A DNA stretch of 64,000 nucleotides from Acidimicrobiaceae bacterium (GCA_003170315.1 PNAH01000004.1:158805-222804), one strand, 5' to 3'. Shown: positions 20,137-29,793, numbered from the stretch's first letter. Numbers and translations: made by a program. Notes: a model not told the origin generated them from the sequence alone.

Positions 20137-21659
20137 TTCTCCATGAGCTGCGCACCTACGCCAGCGAGGAGGCACTCGCTCGAAAGGACCAACTCGCGTG
20201 GAAGTTGGCCGAGGTGGCCGGCGATCCCGTCGACGTGGAGGACGACGTCGCCGAGATGGTGGTCAATCGTTTCATCGACGACTTCGCCGTGGCGTCGGCC
20301 TCCCTCCTTCGTCCACCCGTGTCGAGCGCGCGCGACCAAGCCACGCATCACGGCACGCTCCCCGGGGCCGCGATCTGGGGCGCGTCACCCGATCAGCGGG
20401 TGTCGCCCGAATGGGCCGCGTGGGCCAACGGCGTCGCCGTGCGCGAACTCGACTTTCACGATACCTATTTGGCCCAAGAGTACGCCCACCCGGGCGACAA
20501 CCTCCCGGCCCTGCTCGCCGTAGCCCAACACGTCGCGCCGCGTCGTGGTCTTCGCGGTCACGACGTCGTTCGCGCGGCGGCCACGGCCTACGAGGTGCAG
20601 ATCGCCTTGGCGCGAAGCGTCAGTCTTCATTCGCACAGAATCGACCACGTCGCGCACCTCGGCCCCTCGATCGCCGCCGGACTCGGGACCCTGCTGTCGC
20701 TTGATACGGCGGTGACGTTTCAAGCGATCGGTCAGGCGTTGCACACCTCGACCGCGACCCGTCAATCCAGGAAGGGTGCGATCTCGACCTGGAAGGCCTA
20801 CGCGCCGGCCTTCGCGGCGAAGGTCGCTATCGAGGCGGTCGACCGCGCCATGCGCGGACAGAGCGCCCCGGAACCGATCTACGAAGGCGAGGACGGCGTC
20901 GTGGCGTGGCTGTTGGACGGTCCCGACGCTCGCTATCACCTTGAGCTGCCGGCCCTGGAAGAGACCAAGCGAGCGATATTGGATTCGTTCACGAAAGAGC
21001 ACTCGGCCGAGTATCAGGCCCAAGCCTGGATCGACCTCGCATCTCGTCTCCACGCCACACACCCCGAATTGCTCGACTCGTCATCGGTCCGCGAGGTCGT
21101 GATCTTCTCGTCGCACCACACGCACCAGGTCATCGGCTCGGGCTCGAACGACCCCCAGAAGTACGACCCGACGGCGTCGCGCGAGACCCTCGACCATTCG
21201 CTGCCCTACATCTTCACCGTCGCGCTCCAAGACGGTCAGTGGCACCACGAACACTCCTACACCCGCGAGCGCGCCACCCGGCCCGACACCGTCGCGCTTT
21301 GGCATCGGGTGAGAACGGTCGAAGACCCGGAGTGGTCTCGCCGCTACTTGGCGAGTGATCCGAGCGAACGCGCCTACGGCGGGCGCGTGGAGATCGAGCT
21401 CGACGATGGGTCGAAAATCACCGACGAGATCGCCGTCCCCGACGCCCACCCGTTCGGAGCGCGGCCCTTCGGCCGCTCTCAGTACCTTGACAAGTTCCGA
21501 CACCTGAGTAGCGGCGTCATCGACGAACGCGAGAGCGAACGATTCTTGGACAGCGTGCAACGATTAGATGAGTTGTCGACGACGGAAATGTCGTCACTGA
21601 CCTTTAGCGCTCTCGACGGGTACCTCGAGCGCGCTCCGACGACCGAAGGGATCTTCTAG
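20133..21659 (+). CDS. prpD: MmgE/PrpD-family dehydratase (2-methylcitrate dehydratase-like)
   Basis: 508 aa. Overall PrpD-like sequence (…[10 protein letters not shown]…, …[13 protein letters not shown]…). GTGA overlap with iclR. Confidence 0.8.
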   Translation: MILHELRTYASEEALARKDQLAWKLAEVAGDPVDVEDDVAEMVVNRFIDDFAVASASLLRPPVSSARDQATHHGTLPGAAIWGASPDQRVSPEWAAWANGVAVRELDFHDTYLAQEYAHPGDNLPALLAVAQHVAPRRGLRGHDVVRAAATAYEVQIALARSVSLHSHRIDHVAHLGPSIAAGLGTLLSLDTAVTFQAIGQALHTSTATRQSRKGAISTWKAYAPAFAAKVAIEAVDRAMRGQSAPEPIYEGEDGVVAWLLDGPDARYHLELPALEETKRAILDSFTKEHSAEYQAQAWIDLASRLHATHPELLDSSSVREVVIFSSHHTHQVIGSGSNDPQKYDPTASRETLDHSLPYIFTVALQDGQWHHEHSYTRERATRPDTVALWHRVRTVEDPEWSRRYLASDPSERAYGGRVEIELDDGSKITDEIAVPDAHPFGARPFGRSQYLDKFRHLSSGVIDERESERFLDSVQRLDELSTTEMSSLTFSALDGYLERAPTTEGIF

Positions 21660-22558
21660 TGCTGCACTCGCCCACCACCAGCGCGGCCAAGCGTCTTGCG
21701 CTGCGAGAACGCTTGGGCGCGCGCGACATCCTGGTCTTGCCCGGCGCGTTCAATCCACTCTCGGCCATGTTGATCGAACAACGTGGCTTCGAGGGCGCCT
21801 ACCTCTCGGGTGCGGTGATCGCCGCTGACCTGGGACTGCCCGACGTAGGTCTCACGACGCTCAGCGAGGTAGCGCTTCGGACCCAACAGGTGGCGCGCGT
21901 GACGTCCCTTCCGCTCCTGGTCGACGCCGACACGGGCTTCGGCGAGGCGATGAACGTGGCTCGCACGATCCAGCTGCTCGAAGACGCGGGCGCCGCGGGC
22001 GTCCACGTGGAAGACCAAGTGAATCCCAAGCGCTGCGGGCACCTCGACGGCAAGCTCGTGGTTGACGTCGGTGTCGCGCGTCAGCGCGTCGCCGCCGCGG
22101 TGGCGGCTCGTCGAGACCCCCACCTCTTGATCGTTGCTCGAACCGACGCTCGCGCCACCGATTCGCTCGGCGCGGCGATCGATCGCGCTCGCAGCTACGT
22201 CGACGCCGGCGCAGACGCCATCTTCCCTGAGGCGCTGCTGGAGGCCGGAGAGTTCGAGGCGTTTCGCAAGGCGATCCAAGTCCCGCTTCTCGCGAACGCC
22301 ACCGAGTTCGGCAAGGGAGAGCCTTGGACCGTGCCGGCGCTCAACGATCTCGGTGTCGACATGGTCATCTTTCCGGTGTCGCTGCTTCGACTCGCCATGG
22401 GAGCAGCGGAACGGGGACTTGGTGTACTGAGGGAACGTGGCGAGCTGTCGAGCCTGTTCGATGCGATGCAGAGCCGCAGTGATCTCTATGAGTTATTGGA
22501 CTATCAGAGCTATGAACAGTTTGACGGTGACGTCTTCAATTTCGGATCAACGAAGTAA
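21659..22558 (+). CDS. prpB: Isocitrate lyase/PEP mutase family enzyme, methylisocitrate-lyase-like
   Basis: 299 aa. Active-site loop KRCGHL and DADTGFG motif. The GTG start shares 1 nt with the prpD stop (TAGTG). Confidence 0.8.
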   Translation: MLHSPTTSAAKRLALRERLGARDILVLPGAFNPLSAMLIEQRGFEGAYLSGAVIAADLGLPDVGLTTLSEVALRTQQVARVTSLPLLVDADTGFGEAMNVARTIQLLEDAGAAGVHVEDQVNPKRCGHLDGKLVVDVGVARQRVAAAVAARRDPHLLIVARTDARATDSLGAAIDRARSYVDAGADAIFPEALLEAGEFEAFRKAIQVPLLANATEFGKGEPWTVPALNDLGVDMVIFPVSLLRLAMGAAERGLGVLRERGELSSLFDAMQSRSDLYELLDYQSYEQFDGDVFNFGSTK

Positions 22559-22688
22559 CGGCGACGTACGCCAAAGCGAATTACCTCGAACAGGCCTCTT
22601 CGAGTCTTAGGAGTTCTCAGCGCCGCAATCGTCGATCTGACTCAATGTGCCGAGCTGGCGTCGGCGTGGCCAAGGTAGCCGCGTCGAG

Positions 22689-24167
22689 CTATTGCTGCGC
22701 GACGTCCCCGTCGGACTCGGGAACACCGGATTCGAGTAATCCAAAGGTGAGGATCGCGCCGACCCCGAAGAAGCCGGCCGCCCACCAGAACGCCACGGCG
22801 TAGCCGTGCAACGTGGCGTGCACCGCCGCGTTGTGCAGTTGGAGTTTGCGGCTGAGATGCGCCGAGAGGGCGACCGGCACCCTGTTGGCCCGGGCCGTCA
22901 CCGAAACGGCGATGGTGTTGAGGAGCGCCACGCCCATCGATCCGCCGATCTGTTGGGTGGTGTTGACCAGGGCCGAGGCCGCGCCAGCGTCACTCGCGCG
23001 CACCCCGGCGGTCGCGCTGGCAATCGCCGGCGCGAAGATGAGACCGAGGCCGAGACCGGTCACGATGAGGCCCGGCAGAACGTTCGCGAAATAGTCCGCG
23101 TGCGGCGTCAGTTTGGTGAAGAGCACCATGCCCATCAAACAGAGCAACATGCCGGTCGGCACGAGTGGACGCGGCCCGTTCACCGCGAGGAGCCGGGCAC
23201 TGGCGATGAACGCCGAGAGCGCGATCGCCCCGACGAGCGGCAAGAAAGCGACGCCGGTGCGAAGTGGGGAGTAACCGAGCGTTCCCTGCAGGTAGTACGC
23301 GAGAAAGAGCGAGATTCCGAAGATCCCGATGCTGGTGAGAAAGAGCGCCACCAGTGATCCTCCGCGCACCCGATTGATGATCAAGCGCAGGGGCAACAAG
23401 GGATGCTTCGAGCGCTGCTGCCAGCGCACGAACGCGACGAGCAAGACCACGCCGATCACGAGACTCCCCCACGTCACGTCGTTGCCCCAGCTCGCCGTGA
23501 CCACGTGCGCGAATCCGTAGACGACGAAGAAGAGCCCCGCGCTGCCGAGCAGCGTGCCGACCACGTCGAGACTCGCCTCGTGTTCGCTCTTTCCCCCGGC
23601 CACGAACAGCGCCACGCCGACGAGGGCGATCGCCGCGAACACGAGGTTGATGAAGAGGCACCACCGCCACGTCGCCCACTGGGTGAGCGCGCCGCCCAAG
23701 AGCAGACCGATCGCGGCCCCCGAGGCGCCGATGGCGCCGTAGATCGAGAAGGCCCGGGCGCGCTCCTTGGGATCGCCGAAGGTCGTGGAGAGCGCCGCCA
23801 GAGCGGCCGGCGCGAGGACCGCTCCGAAGACCCCCTGCACCGCGCGCGCCGTGACGAGCGTGGTGAAGCTGTGCGCCGAGCCACCGAGCGCCGACGCCAG
23901 GGCGAAACCCGTCAGCCCGACGTAGAGCGAGGTGCGACGTCCCCACAGATCCGAGAGTCGTCCCCCGACCAACAACAGCGATCCGAACGTAAGGGCGTAG
24001 GCCGTGATGAGCCACTGTCGGTTGGCGAGAGAGAAGTGGAGGTCACGCTGCGCGTGCGGCAACGCGATGTTGATGACCGTCGCGTCCAGGGCCACCATCA
24101 ACTGCGTGATGCTGAGTACTCCGAGCGCCCACCAGCGGCGATCCGACGAGGACATGGGGCGGCTCAT
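22689..24167 (-). CDS. MFS transporter, DHA2 (EmrB/QacA, 14-TMS) type
   Basis: 492 aa with about 14 hydrophobic segments. MFS motif A-like GRLSDLWGRR. Confidence 0.85.
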   Translation of the reverse strand: MSRPMSSSDRRWWALGVLSITQLMVALDATVINIALPHAQRDLHFSLANRQWLITAYALTFGSLLLVGGRLSDLWGRRTSLYVGLTGFALASALGGSAHSFTTLVTARAVQGVFGAVLAPAALAALSTTFGDPKERARAFSIYGAIGASGAAIGLLLGGALTQWATWRWCLFINLVFAAIALVGVALFVAGGKSEHEASLDVVGTLLGSAGLFFVVYGFAHVVTASWGNDVTWGSLVIGVVLLVAFVRWQQRSKHPLLPLRLIINRVRGGSLVALFLTSIGIFGISLFLAYYLQGTLGYSPLRTGVAFLPLVGAIALSAFIASARLLAVNGPRPLVPTGMLLCLMGMVLFTKLTPHADYFANVLPGLIVTGLGLGLIFAPAIASATAGVRASDAGAASALVNTTQQIGGSMGVALLNTIAVSVTARANRVPVALSAHLSRKLQLHNAAVHATLHGYAVAFWWAAGFFGVGAILTFGLLESGVPESDGDVAQQ

Positions 24168-24215
24168 GGTGCCCCCAGCCTAAATTCACTAGCGCGTCGA
24201 AAGAGGAACGATGCC

Positions 24216-24234
24216 GAGACCCGGTGGGGGTCTC
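24216..24234 (-). terminator. Short hairpin GAGACCC-N5-GGGTCTC downstream of etfA
   Basis: 7-bp stem, 18 nt after the etfA stop. The trailing sequence is only modestly T-rich on the minus strand. Confidence 0.3.
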
Positions 24235-24251
24235 CAGTCTTCAAGGTAGTA

Positions 24252-25217
24252 CTAAGCCCGAGCCTTGAGGGCGGCAATGAGAGCCGGGAGAACCTTGTTC
24301 ACGTCGCCCACGATCCCGAAGTCCGCGATCTGGAAGATCGGCGCGTCCGGGTCCTTGTTGATGGCCACGATATTCTTCGAGCCCTTCATGCCGACCATGT
24401 GTTGCGTCGCTCCGGAAATGCCGCAGGCGATGTAGACGGTCGGCTTGACGGTCTTGCCAGTTTGACCGACCTGGTGCGAATAGGGAACCCAGCCGGCGTC
24501 AACGATGGCGCGACTGGCGCCCGCGGCGCCGTTGAGAAGTTTCGCGGTCTCTTCGATGAGCGCGTACTTCTCGGCTTCGCCGAGTCCCCGTCCGCCCGAG
24601 ACCACCACCGCCGCCTCCTCGAGCTTCGGCCCCACGCGCTCTTCGACGTGCGTCGCGGCAATGATCGCGCCACCGGTGGCGCCGACGTCGCCCGAAGGCG
24701 CGGCGACCACTGATGCAGCCGCGCCGCCACTGGCCTCAGCCGCGAAGGACTTCGCGCGAATGACGAAGATCCCTGGACCCTCGCCGGTAAAACGGGCCTT
24801 CACGGTCTGGCTGCCACCAAAGATCGGATGCTCGGTCGCGAGCCCGCCGTCATCATTGAGCCCGGTCACGTTGGTCAAGACCGGTCGGTCGAGCCGAGCC
24901 GAGAGACGTCCGGCGATGTCGCGCCCGTCGTAGCTGGTGGGAATCAAAATGGCGTCGGGCGCGCCCACCGACGCCACGAGCGCCGCGAGGGCCGAGGCGA
25001 CGGGCGCCCCGGGTAACGCGCCGCCGAGGTCGCCGACGTCATAGAGCGTGGTCGCGCCGTACTCTCCGGCCACGGAGGCGAGCGCCGCGTTCGCGCCCCA
25101 GGTGATCGCCGAGACGGTCGCTCCGAAACTGCGCCCTTGGGTGAGCAGTTCCAGTGAGGTGGTGGTGAAGGAGCCATTCGACGGCTCGGCGACGATCCAG
25201 ATGTTTGACAGGGCCAT
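24252..25217 (-). CDS. etfA: Electron transfer flavoprotein alpha subunit
   Basis: C-terminal FAD-binding region [19 protein letters not shown] and overall EtfA length. Confidence 0.9.
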   Translation of the reverse strand: MALSNIWIVAEPSNGSFTTTSLELLTQGRSFGATVSAITWGANAALASVAGEYGATTLYDVGDLGGALPGAPVASALAALVASVGAPDAILIPTSYDGRDIAGRLSARLDRPVLTNVTGLNDDGGLATEHPIFGGSQTVKARFTGEGPGIFVIRAKSFAAEASGGAAASVVAAPSGDVGATGGAIIAATHVEERVGPKLEEAAVVVSGGRGLGEAEKYALIEETAKLLNGAAGASRAIVDAGWVPYSHQVGQTGKTVKPTVYIACGISGATQHMVGMKGSKNIVAINKDPDAPIFQIADFGIVGDVNKVLPALIAALKARA

Positions 25218-25226
25218 GACGATCTC

Positions 25227-26000
25227 CTACAGAACCTTGATCAACTCGAGGAAACCGACGATGCGCTGCGCGCCGTCGCCCTCGTCGACGTACTTCTCAC
25301 CGGCGGTGCGCGACTCCGCGACGACGACGTCGGTGATTACCTGGCGGGCACCGGCGGGACCGGTCTCCTCGGCGAGCGAGAGGTCCGCGACGCTCAGCAC
25401 TTCGAGCGGCTTGGACTTGGCGGCCATTATGCCTTTGAAGGACGCGTAGCGCGGCTCGACCACGCCGGCCGTGACGGTCACGAGCGCCGGCAATGGCGCC
25501 GTCACTTCGTCGTAGCCGGACTCGGTCTGACGCTCGACCTTGACGGTCGTGCCGTCGATCGCGACCGACTTGGCGAAGGTGATCGAGGGCAGGCCGAGCA
25601 GCTCGGCGATCTGAACCGGTGTCGTGCCGGTGTACCCGTCGGAGGATTCGGTGGCGGCCAGGACCAAATCGGGACTCTCGCGCCTGATCACCGCGGCCAA
25701 GACCTTGGCGGTGCCCAACGCGTCAGTGCCGCGCAGCGCGTCGTCGCTCACGATGACGGCTTTGGCGGCGCCCATGGCGAGGGCGTTGCGCAGTCCCGCG
25801 ACGTCCGCGGCCGATCCCATCGAGACCACGGTGACCTCGCCGGCGCCGGCCTTGTCGACGAGCTGGAGCGCCATTTCCACGCCGTAGGTGTCGGCCTCGT
25901 CGAGGATCAACTTGCCGGAACGGTTGAGATTGTGTGAGGCGTCCAACGACTGCGGCGCGGCCGGGTCGGGAATCTGTTTTACGCAAACGACGATATTCAT
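25227..26000 (-). CDS. etfB: Electron transfer flavoprotein beta subunit
   Basis: Begins MNIVVCVKQIPD at ATG 26000 (GAAGG upstream). The track start at 26009 is a TTG. Confidence 0.9.
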   Translation of the reverse strand: MNIVVCVKQIPDPAAPQSLDASHNLNRSGKLILDEADTYGVEMALQLVDKAGAGEVTVVSMGSAADVAGLRNALAMGAAKAVIVSDDALRGTDALGTAKVLAAVIRRESPDLVLAATESSDGYTGTTPVQIAELLGLPSITFAKSVAIDGTTVKVERQTESGYDEVTAPLPALVTVTAGVVEPRYASFKGIMAAKSKPLEVLSVADLSLAEETGPAGARQVITDVVVAESRTAGEKYVDEGDGAQRIVGFLELIKVL

Positions 26001-26018
26001 GGCCTTCAATCTAGGCCA

Positions 26019-26723
26019 TTATCGACCGGTGCCCGTCGGGGACGATCGGGTCACGACGTCACGCGCGAGCGCCGGGTCGTCGGTGATGATGCACGACACG
26101 TGCAGGTCCGACATTCTCTCGAGGTCCTCGGCTCGGTTCACGGTCCACACGTTGACGTCGAGTTGAAGCTCACGCGCGCGAGCGACGAGCTCAGCATCGA
26201 CCGTCGAGAAGTGCGGATTCACCGCGTTGAAACCGAGCACGTGGGCCTGGACCAGTGCGTCACCCCGGGCCACGTCCCAGAGGAGCCACGCGACCGTGAT
26301 TTCGCGGTTCGACGAGCGCACCACGGCGCACGTCGCGAGGTCGAAGCACGAGATGCTGACTTTTTCGGACCAGCCGTATTGGTCAACGACAGAAAGGACC
26401 TGACGCGCGAGATCGCCCGATTCGTCGTAGCTCTCGGCCGCTCCCCGACCGTTCTTGATCTCGACGTTCACTCGGACGCCTTCGAGCGAGTCCAGGGCCT
26501 CAGCCAGGGTCGGGACGTAGTCCGGCAAGGCCGAACGCGCACTCTGGTCGATGACCAGGGGTCCGATCGCCGGATCGTGATGAACGACCAGAACGCCGTC
26601 CTGGGTGCGACGAACGTCCAATTCGACCCCGTCGACGCCCAGGGCCACGGCCGCGCGAAACGCCGAGATCGTGTTCTCGCGCTCCATTGTGTGCAGTCCA
26701 CGATGCGCGAAGACGTCGGTCAC
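26019..26723 (-). CDS. Glycerophosphodiester phosphodiesterase
   Basis: FAHRG...ENTISAF and GVELDVRRTQDGVLVVHHD are GDPD-family motifs. GTG 26723. Confidence 0.8.
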   Translation of the reverse strand: MTDVFAHRGLHTMERENTISAFRAAVALGVDGVELDVRRTQDGVLVVHHDPAIGPLVIDQSARSALPDYVPTLAEALDSLEGVRVNVEIKNGRGAAESYDESGDLARQVLSVVDQYGWSEKVSISCFDLATCAVVRSSNREITVAWLLWDVARGDALVQAHVLGFNAVNPHFSTVDAELVARARELQLDVNVWTVNRAEDLERMSDLHVSCIITDDPALARDVVTRSSPTGTGR

Positions 26724-26740
26724 CCGACGAGTTTGGCAGG

Positions 26741-26756
26741 TGTACTTCGAATTACA
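26741..26756. promoter_or_regulatory. CRP/FNR-type inverted repeat TGTACTTCGAATTACA upstream of whiB
   Basis: 14 of 16 positions are palindromic, with TGT..-N6-..ACA architecture. It lies about 130 nt upstream of ATG 26888. Confidence 0.4.
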
Positions 26757-26887
26757 TGGACGTCACTTCGCTTATTCGCGAATCAGCCCTTGTTTTCAGG
26801 CCGGAAATTCGTTAAAATTGGACTCCCGCCACCGCCCATTTCTCGCGAAATTGCAGTGGATTTATCCCCCCACCGTAAGGATTTGAA

Positions 26888-27184
26888 ATGTCGTTGATTT
26901 GGAACCGTACGCACGCTTGGGACGACTCTGACTGGCGTTCAAACGCAGCGTGTCGCGACACTGAACCGGAACTGTTTTTCCCTATCGGCACGACCGGAAT
27001 GGCGACCGACCAGATCGATTCGGCCAAGCGCGTGTGCCACAACTGCGACGCCCAAAAGGCCTGTCTCGAGTTCGCCCTGGCGACGAACCAGGAATCGGGC
27101 GTGTGGGGCGGCACGACCGAGGACGAGCGACGTAAGCTTCGCAAGCAGTGGTTGGCCGCGCGTCGCCGCGCGTCCTCGCTCTAG
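26888..27184 (+). CDS. whiB: WhiB-family [4Fe-4S] redox-sensing transcription factor (WhiB1-like by sequence and by position next to pdtaS)
   Basis: Four Cys (CRDTEPELFFP, CHNC, C in KACLEF) and the GVWGGTTEDERRKL turn. Confidence 0.9.
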   Translation: MSLIWNRTHAWDDSDWRSNAACRDTEPELFFPIGTTGMATDQIDSAKRVCHNCDAQKACLEFALATNQESGVWGGTTEDERRKLRKQWLAARRRASSL

Positions 27185-28665
27185 GGCCGAGCGCTCAGCG
27201 GGACCGCCACCCGCACGTAGGTCCCGCCACCTTCGGCGTAGTTCACGCTCTTCATTTCAATCGTTCCGTGCAACTGCGCGCGGATGATGTCGCGCACGAT
27301 GGAGAGACCGAGGCTCTTGGGCACCTCGAGCGAGAAGTCCTCGCCCAGTCCCCGACCGTTGTCGCGGATCTCGGCCACGGCGTCACCGTCTTCCAAATAG
27401 AGGTTGAGCGTCACGACGCCGACCTGATCGTTGTTGATTCCGCCAAAGCCGGTGAACGCGTGTTCGACGGCGTTGGTCAACAGTTCGGCGAGCGCCACGG
27501 CCAACGGGGTGGCGAGGTCGGTCGACAGAACGCCGAGGTCGCCGTTCACCAGAATCTCGACCGGGTGCAGGGCCAGGACGGTGTCTTCGACCAGCAATAC
27601 CAGTGACCGGACGATCTCGTCGAAGACGACCTCTTCTCCGGGCTCACGGCTGAGTACTTCGTGCACCACGGCGATCGATCGTACTCGTCGTTCGGCTTCG
27701 CCGAGGGCGATGCGCGTCTCGGGCTCGTCACTGCGCCGGGCCTGGAGCCGCAGGAGCGACGAGATGGTTTGCAGGTTGTTCTTCACGCGGTGGTGCACCT
27801 CTCGAACCGCGGCCTCCTTGTTGAGGACCAATCGATTCAGTTGACGCAGGTCCGATACGTCGCGCAACAGCGTCACGACACCGGTGACCAAGTTGTGTTC
27901 GATCAACGGGACACAGTGAAAGAGGATCGCGACGTCATGGCCGCGGTCGATCTCTTCCATCGCCGGGATGGCGTACTCCAAGGATCGTTGGACGACGCGC
28001 ACGCCTAGTCCCAATTCAGCGAGGGTCTGACCTTCGGCCGGCGCGTAAATGCCCATTCGGTGCAAGGCGTTGGCGGCGTTCGGGGTGGCGAACTCGACGC
28101 GTCCGTCACCGTCGATAAGGATGATCCCGTCCCCGACGCGCGGCAGACCCGGGCCGGCGACGCCCACTTCGCGAAACGGGAAGGTCGAGTCGGCGACCAT
28201 CACGCAGAGGCGCTCGAATATCGAGAGATAGGCCTGTTCGTAGAGCGACGCGGGGCCGCGCAACGGTCCCTGGAGCCGCACCATGACCGCGATCACGCGC
28301 CCGTCGAATCGAACCGGCACGCACCACACCGGCACCACGTCGTCGATGGCCTCAACGTTCACCTCGCCAATGATCCTGGTGCCGCTCTCGAAGGCCAGTT
28401 GCACGAGGGGCCAGGACGCGGCGCCGTGCGTCGTCCCAATCAGGTCGTCGTTGACCATCGTCGAGCGGTTGTTGGGACGCATCTGACCCAGCACCACGAA
28501 ACCCGACTCCCCGGCGTCCGGCTGGTCAACACGGGCCATCAACAACATGTCGGAGAACGAAAGGTCGGCCAAGAGCGACCACGACGCGGTCAATCGCAAG
28601 AGGTGATCGACGACGTGCTCGTCGAGCGACGTGCGGAGGGTCGCTAGTTCTGCGAGCGTGGCCAC
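27181..28665 (-). CDS. pdtaS: GAF-PAS sensor histidine kinase, PdtaS type
   Basis: H-box EVHHRVKNNLQTISSLLRLQ (HisKA_2 type) and a C-terminal ATPase. The N-terminus DHLLRLTASWSLLADLSFSDMLL fits the PdtaS start. GTG 28665 shares 1 nt with the upstream stop. Confidence 0.8.
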   Translation of the reverse strand: MATLAELATLRTSLDEHVVDHLLRLTASWSLLADLSFSDMLLMARVDQPDAGESGFVVLGQMRPNNRSTMVNDDLIGTTHGAASWPLVQLAFESGTRIIGEVNVEAIDDVVPVWCVPVRFDGRVIAVMVRLQGPLRGPASLYEQAYLSIFERLCVMVADSTFPFREVGVAGPGLPRVGDGIILIDGDGRVEFATPNAANALHRMGIYAPAEGQTLAELGLGVRVVQRSLEYAIPAMEEIDRGHDVAILFHCVPLIEHNLVTGVVTLLRDVSDLRQLNRLVLNKEAAVREVHHRVKNNLQTISSLLRLQARRSDEPETRIALGEAERRVRSIAVVHEVLSREPGEEVVFDEIVRSLVLLVEDTVLALHPVEILVNGDLGVLSTDLATPLAVALAELLTNAVEHAFTGFGGINNDQVGVVTLNLYLEDGDAVAEIRDNGRGLGEDFSLEVPKSLGLSIVRDIIRAQLHGTIEMKSVNYAEGGGTYVRVAVPLSARP

Positions 28666-29540
28666 TAGCTCGCTCGCAGGGGAATCATCCGGCGCTGACG
28701 GCCACTGTAGGAGGCGACCTCGTGGACGCCGCGAGCTTCCAACAGGTCGGCCAATTCGCCGACCCTCGAGCCGACCCGTTCGAGAGAGTGCGCGTCGCTG
28801 GCCGTCGTGAAGGTGAGTCCTCGCGCCACGAGACGGTCGAGGAATCCCCCGGCCGGGTACTGCTCGGCGATTGGCTTGGTCCAACCGGCCGACGAGCACT
28901 CCATGGAGAGATCGGACTTGGCGGCCGATTCGACCATGAGGTCCCAGTAGTCGCCCGGGTCCGACGCGAGGTAGCCCGCCACCTTGATGAGGTCCGGGTG
29001 CGCGAGTACGTCGACCGAATTGGATGCGGCCAGTTCTTCGATGGCGCGCGCGTAATCGGCCCAGCACTGATCGACGTCACGCACGGTCCACTCGTGGGCG
29101 TGCGTCGCTACGTCGTAGTCGTCGAACTGCCAGGTGCCGAGCCAGTGGACCGAACCGATGAGCACGTCGAAGGGGTACTGCGCGAGGAGTGGCGAGACGA
29201 CGTCCATCTGATCGGCGTAGTAATCGACCTCGAGCCCGATCTTGACGGGCAGTCCTTCATCCTTCGCGAGTTGGGCGAGGTTCACGTACTCCTCGAGGGA
29301 GTTTCGCGCGTGAAAATCCAGGTACTCGGCCAATGCCGGACTCGTCGGCTCGTGACCGAACCTGAGCCAGAAGGGTCCGACGGCGGACAACACGTCTCGA
29401 AAACGGCTGGTGTGCTCGGTCAGGGCCAACTCCGTGACCCCGTGAAGGGCGGCTTCGTCGCAGTAGGCGGCGATCTGGTCGAGCTTGAACCAGACCGAGG
29501 ACTCCGAGTGGGGCCAGAGGTGCAGGTGGTAGTCGATCAC
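28665..29540 (-). CDS. PHP-family (HisJ/HisK-type) histidinol-phosphatase-like hydrolase
   Basis: N-terminal IDYHLHLWPH and LALTEHT metal-ligand motifs of PHP phosphoesterases. GTG 29540. Confidence 0.75.
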   Translation of the reverse strand: MIDYHLHLWPHSESSVWFKLDQIAAYCDEAALHGVTELALTEHTSRFRDVLSAVGPFWLRFGHEPTSPALAEYLDFHARNSLEEYVNLAQLAKDEGLPVKIGLEVDYYADQMDVVSPLLAQYPFDVLIGSVHWLGTWQFDDYDVATHAHEWTVRDVDQCWADYARAIEELAASNSVDVLAHPDLIKVAGYLASDPGDYWDLMVESAAKSDLSMECSSAGWTKPIAEQYPAGGFLDRLVARGLTFTTASDAHSLERVGSRVGELADLLEARGVHEVASYSGRQRRMIPLRAS

Positions 29541-29559
29541 CGCATGACGCCCGTCAATC

Positions 29560-29793
29560 TCAAGCCGAGCCGAAACCGACGATGCGCTCGCTCGACGGAG
29601 AGCCCAACTCCACGTAGGCGATTCGCGCGGCTGGCACGCCGACCCGGCGACCTTTGCGATCGGTGAGCCAGAGGACCGTGTCGTCGCTTAAAGCCGTCTC
29701 GATCTCCTTCATCACCTTCTCGCGCTTAGCGTCTTCGGGGAGAACGACCTCGATCTCCTTCATGGACTGCACGATGCCGATACGAACTTCCAT
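29560..29793 (-). CDS. DUF3107-family protein (TB9.4-like)
   Basis: MEVRIGIVQSMKEIEV...LTDRKGRRVGVPAARIAYVELG closely resembles the mycobacterial TB9.4 family as I recall it. ATG 29793. Confidence 0.8.
   Translation of the reverse strand: MEVRIGIVQSMKEIEVVLPEDAKREKVMKEIETALSDDTVLWLTDRKGRRVGVPAARIAYVELGSPSSERIVGFGSA

Noticed and set aside
23403-24713. 436-aa plus-strand ORF spanning the MFS gene, the intergenic gap and the etfA 3' end. The 341-aa alternative minus frame at 22990-24015 was noticed with it.
   Set aside because: Composition is that of mistranslated GC-rich DNA (runs of R, E, D, G). It crosses two well-supported genes and an intergenic region, and there is no ribosome-binding site.
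28666-29067. 134-codon N-terminal extension of the pdtaS ORF in the track
   Set aside because: The extension is Arg/Gly-rich and lies entirely inside the PHP hydrolase gene. A GTG at 28665 gives a 494-aa protein with the N-terminus expected for PdtaS-type kinases.
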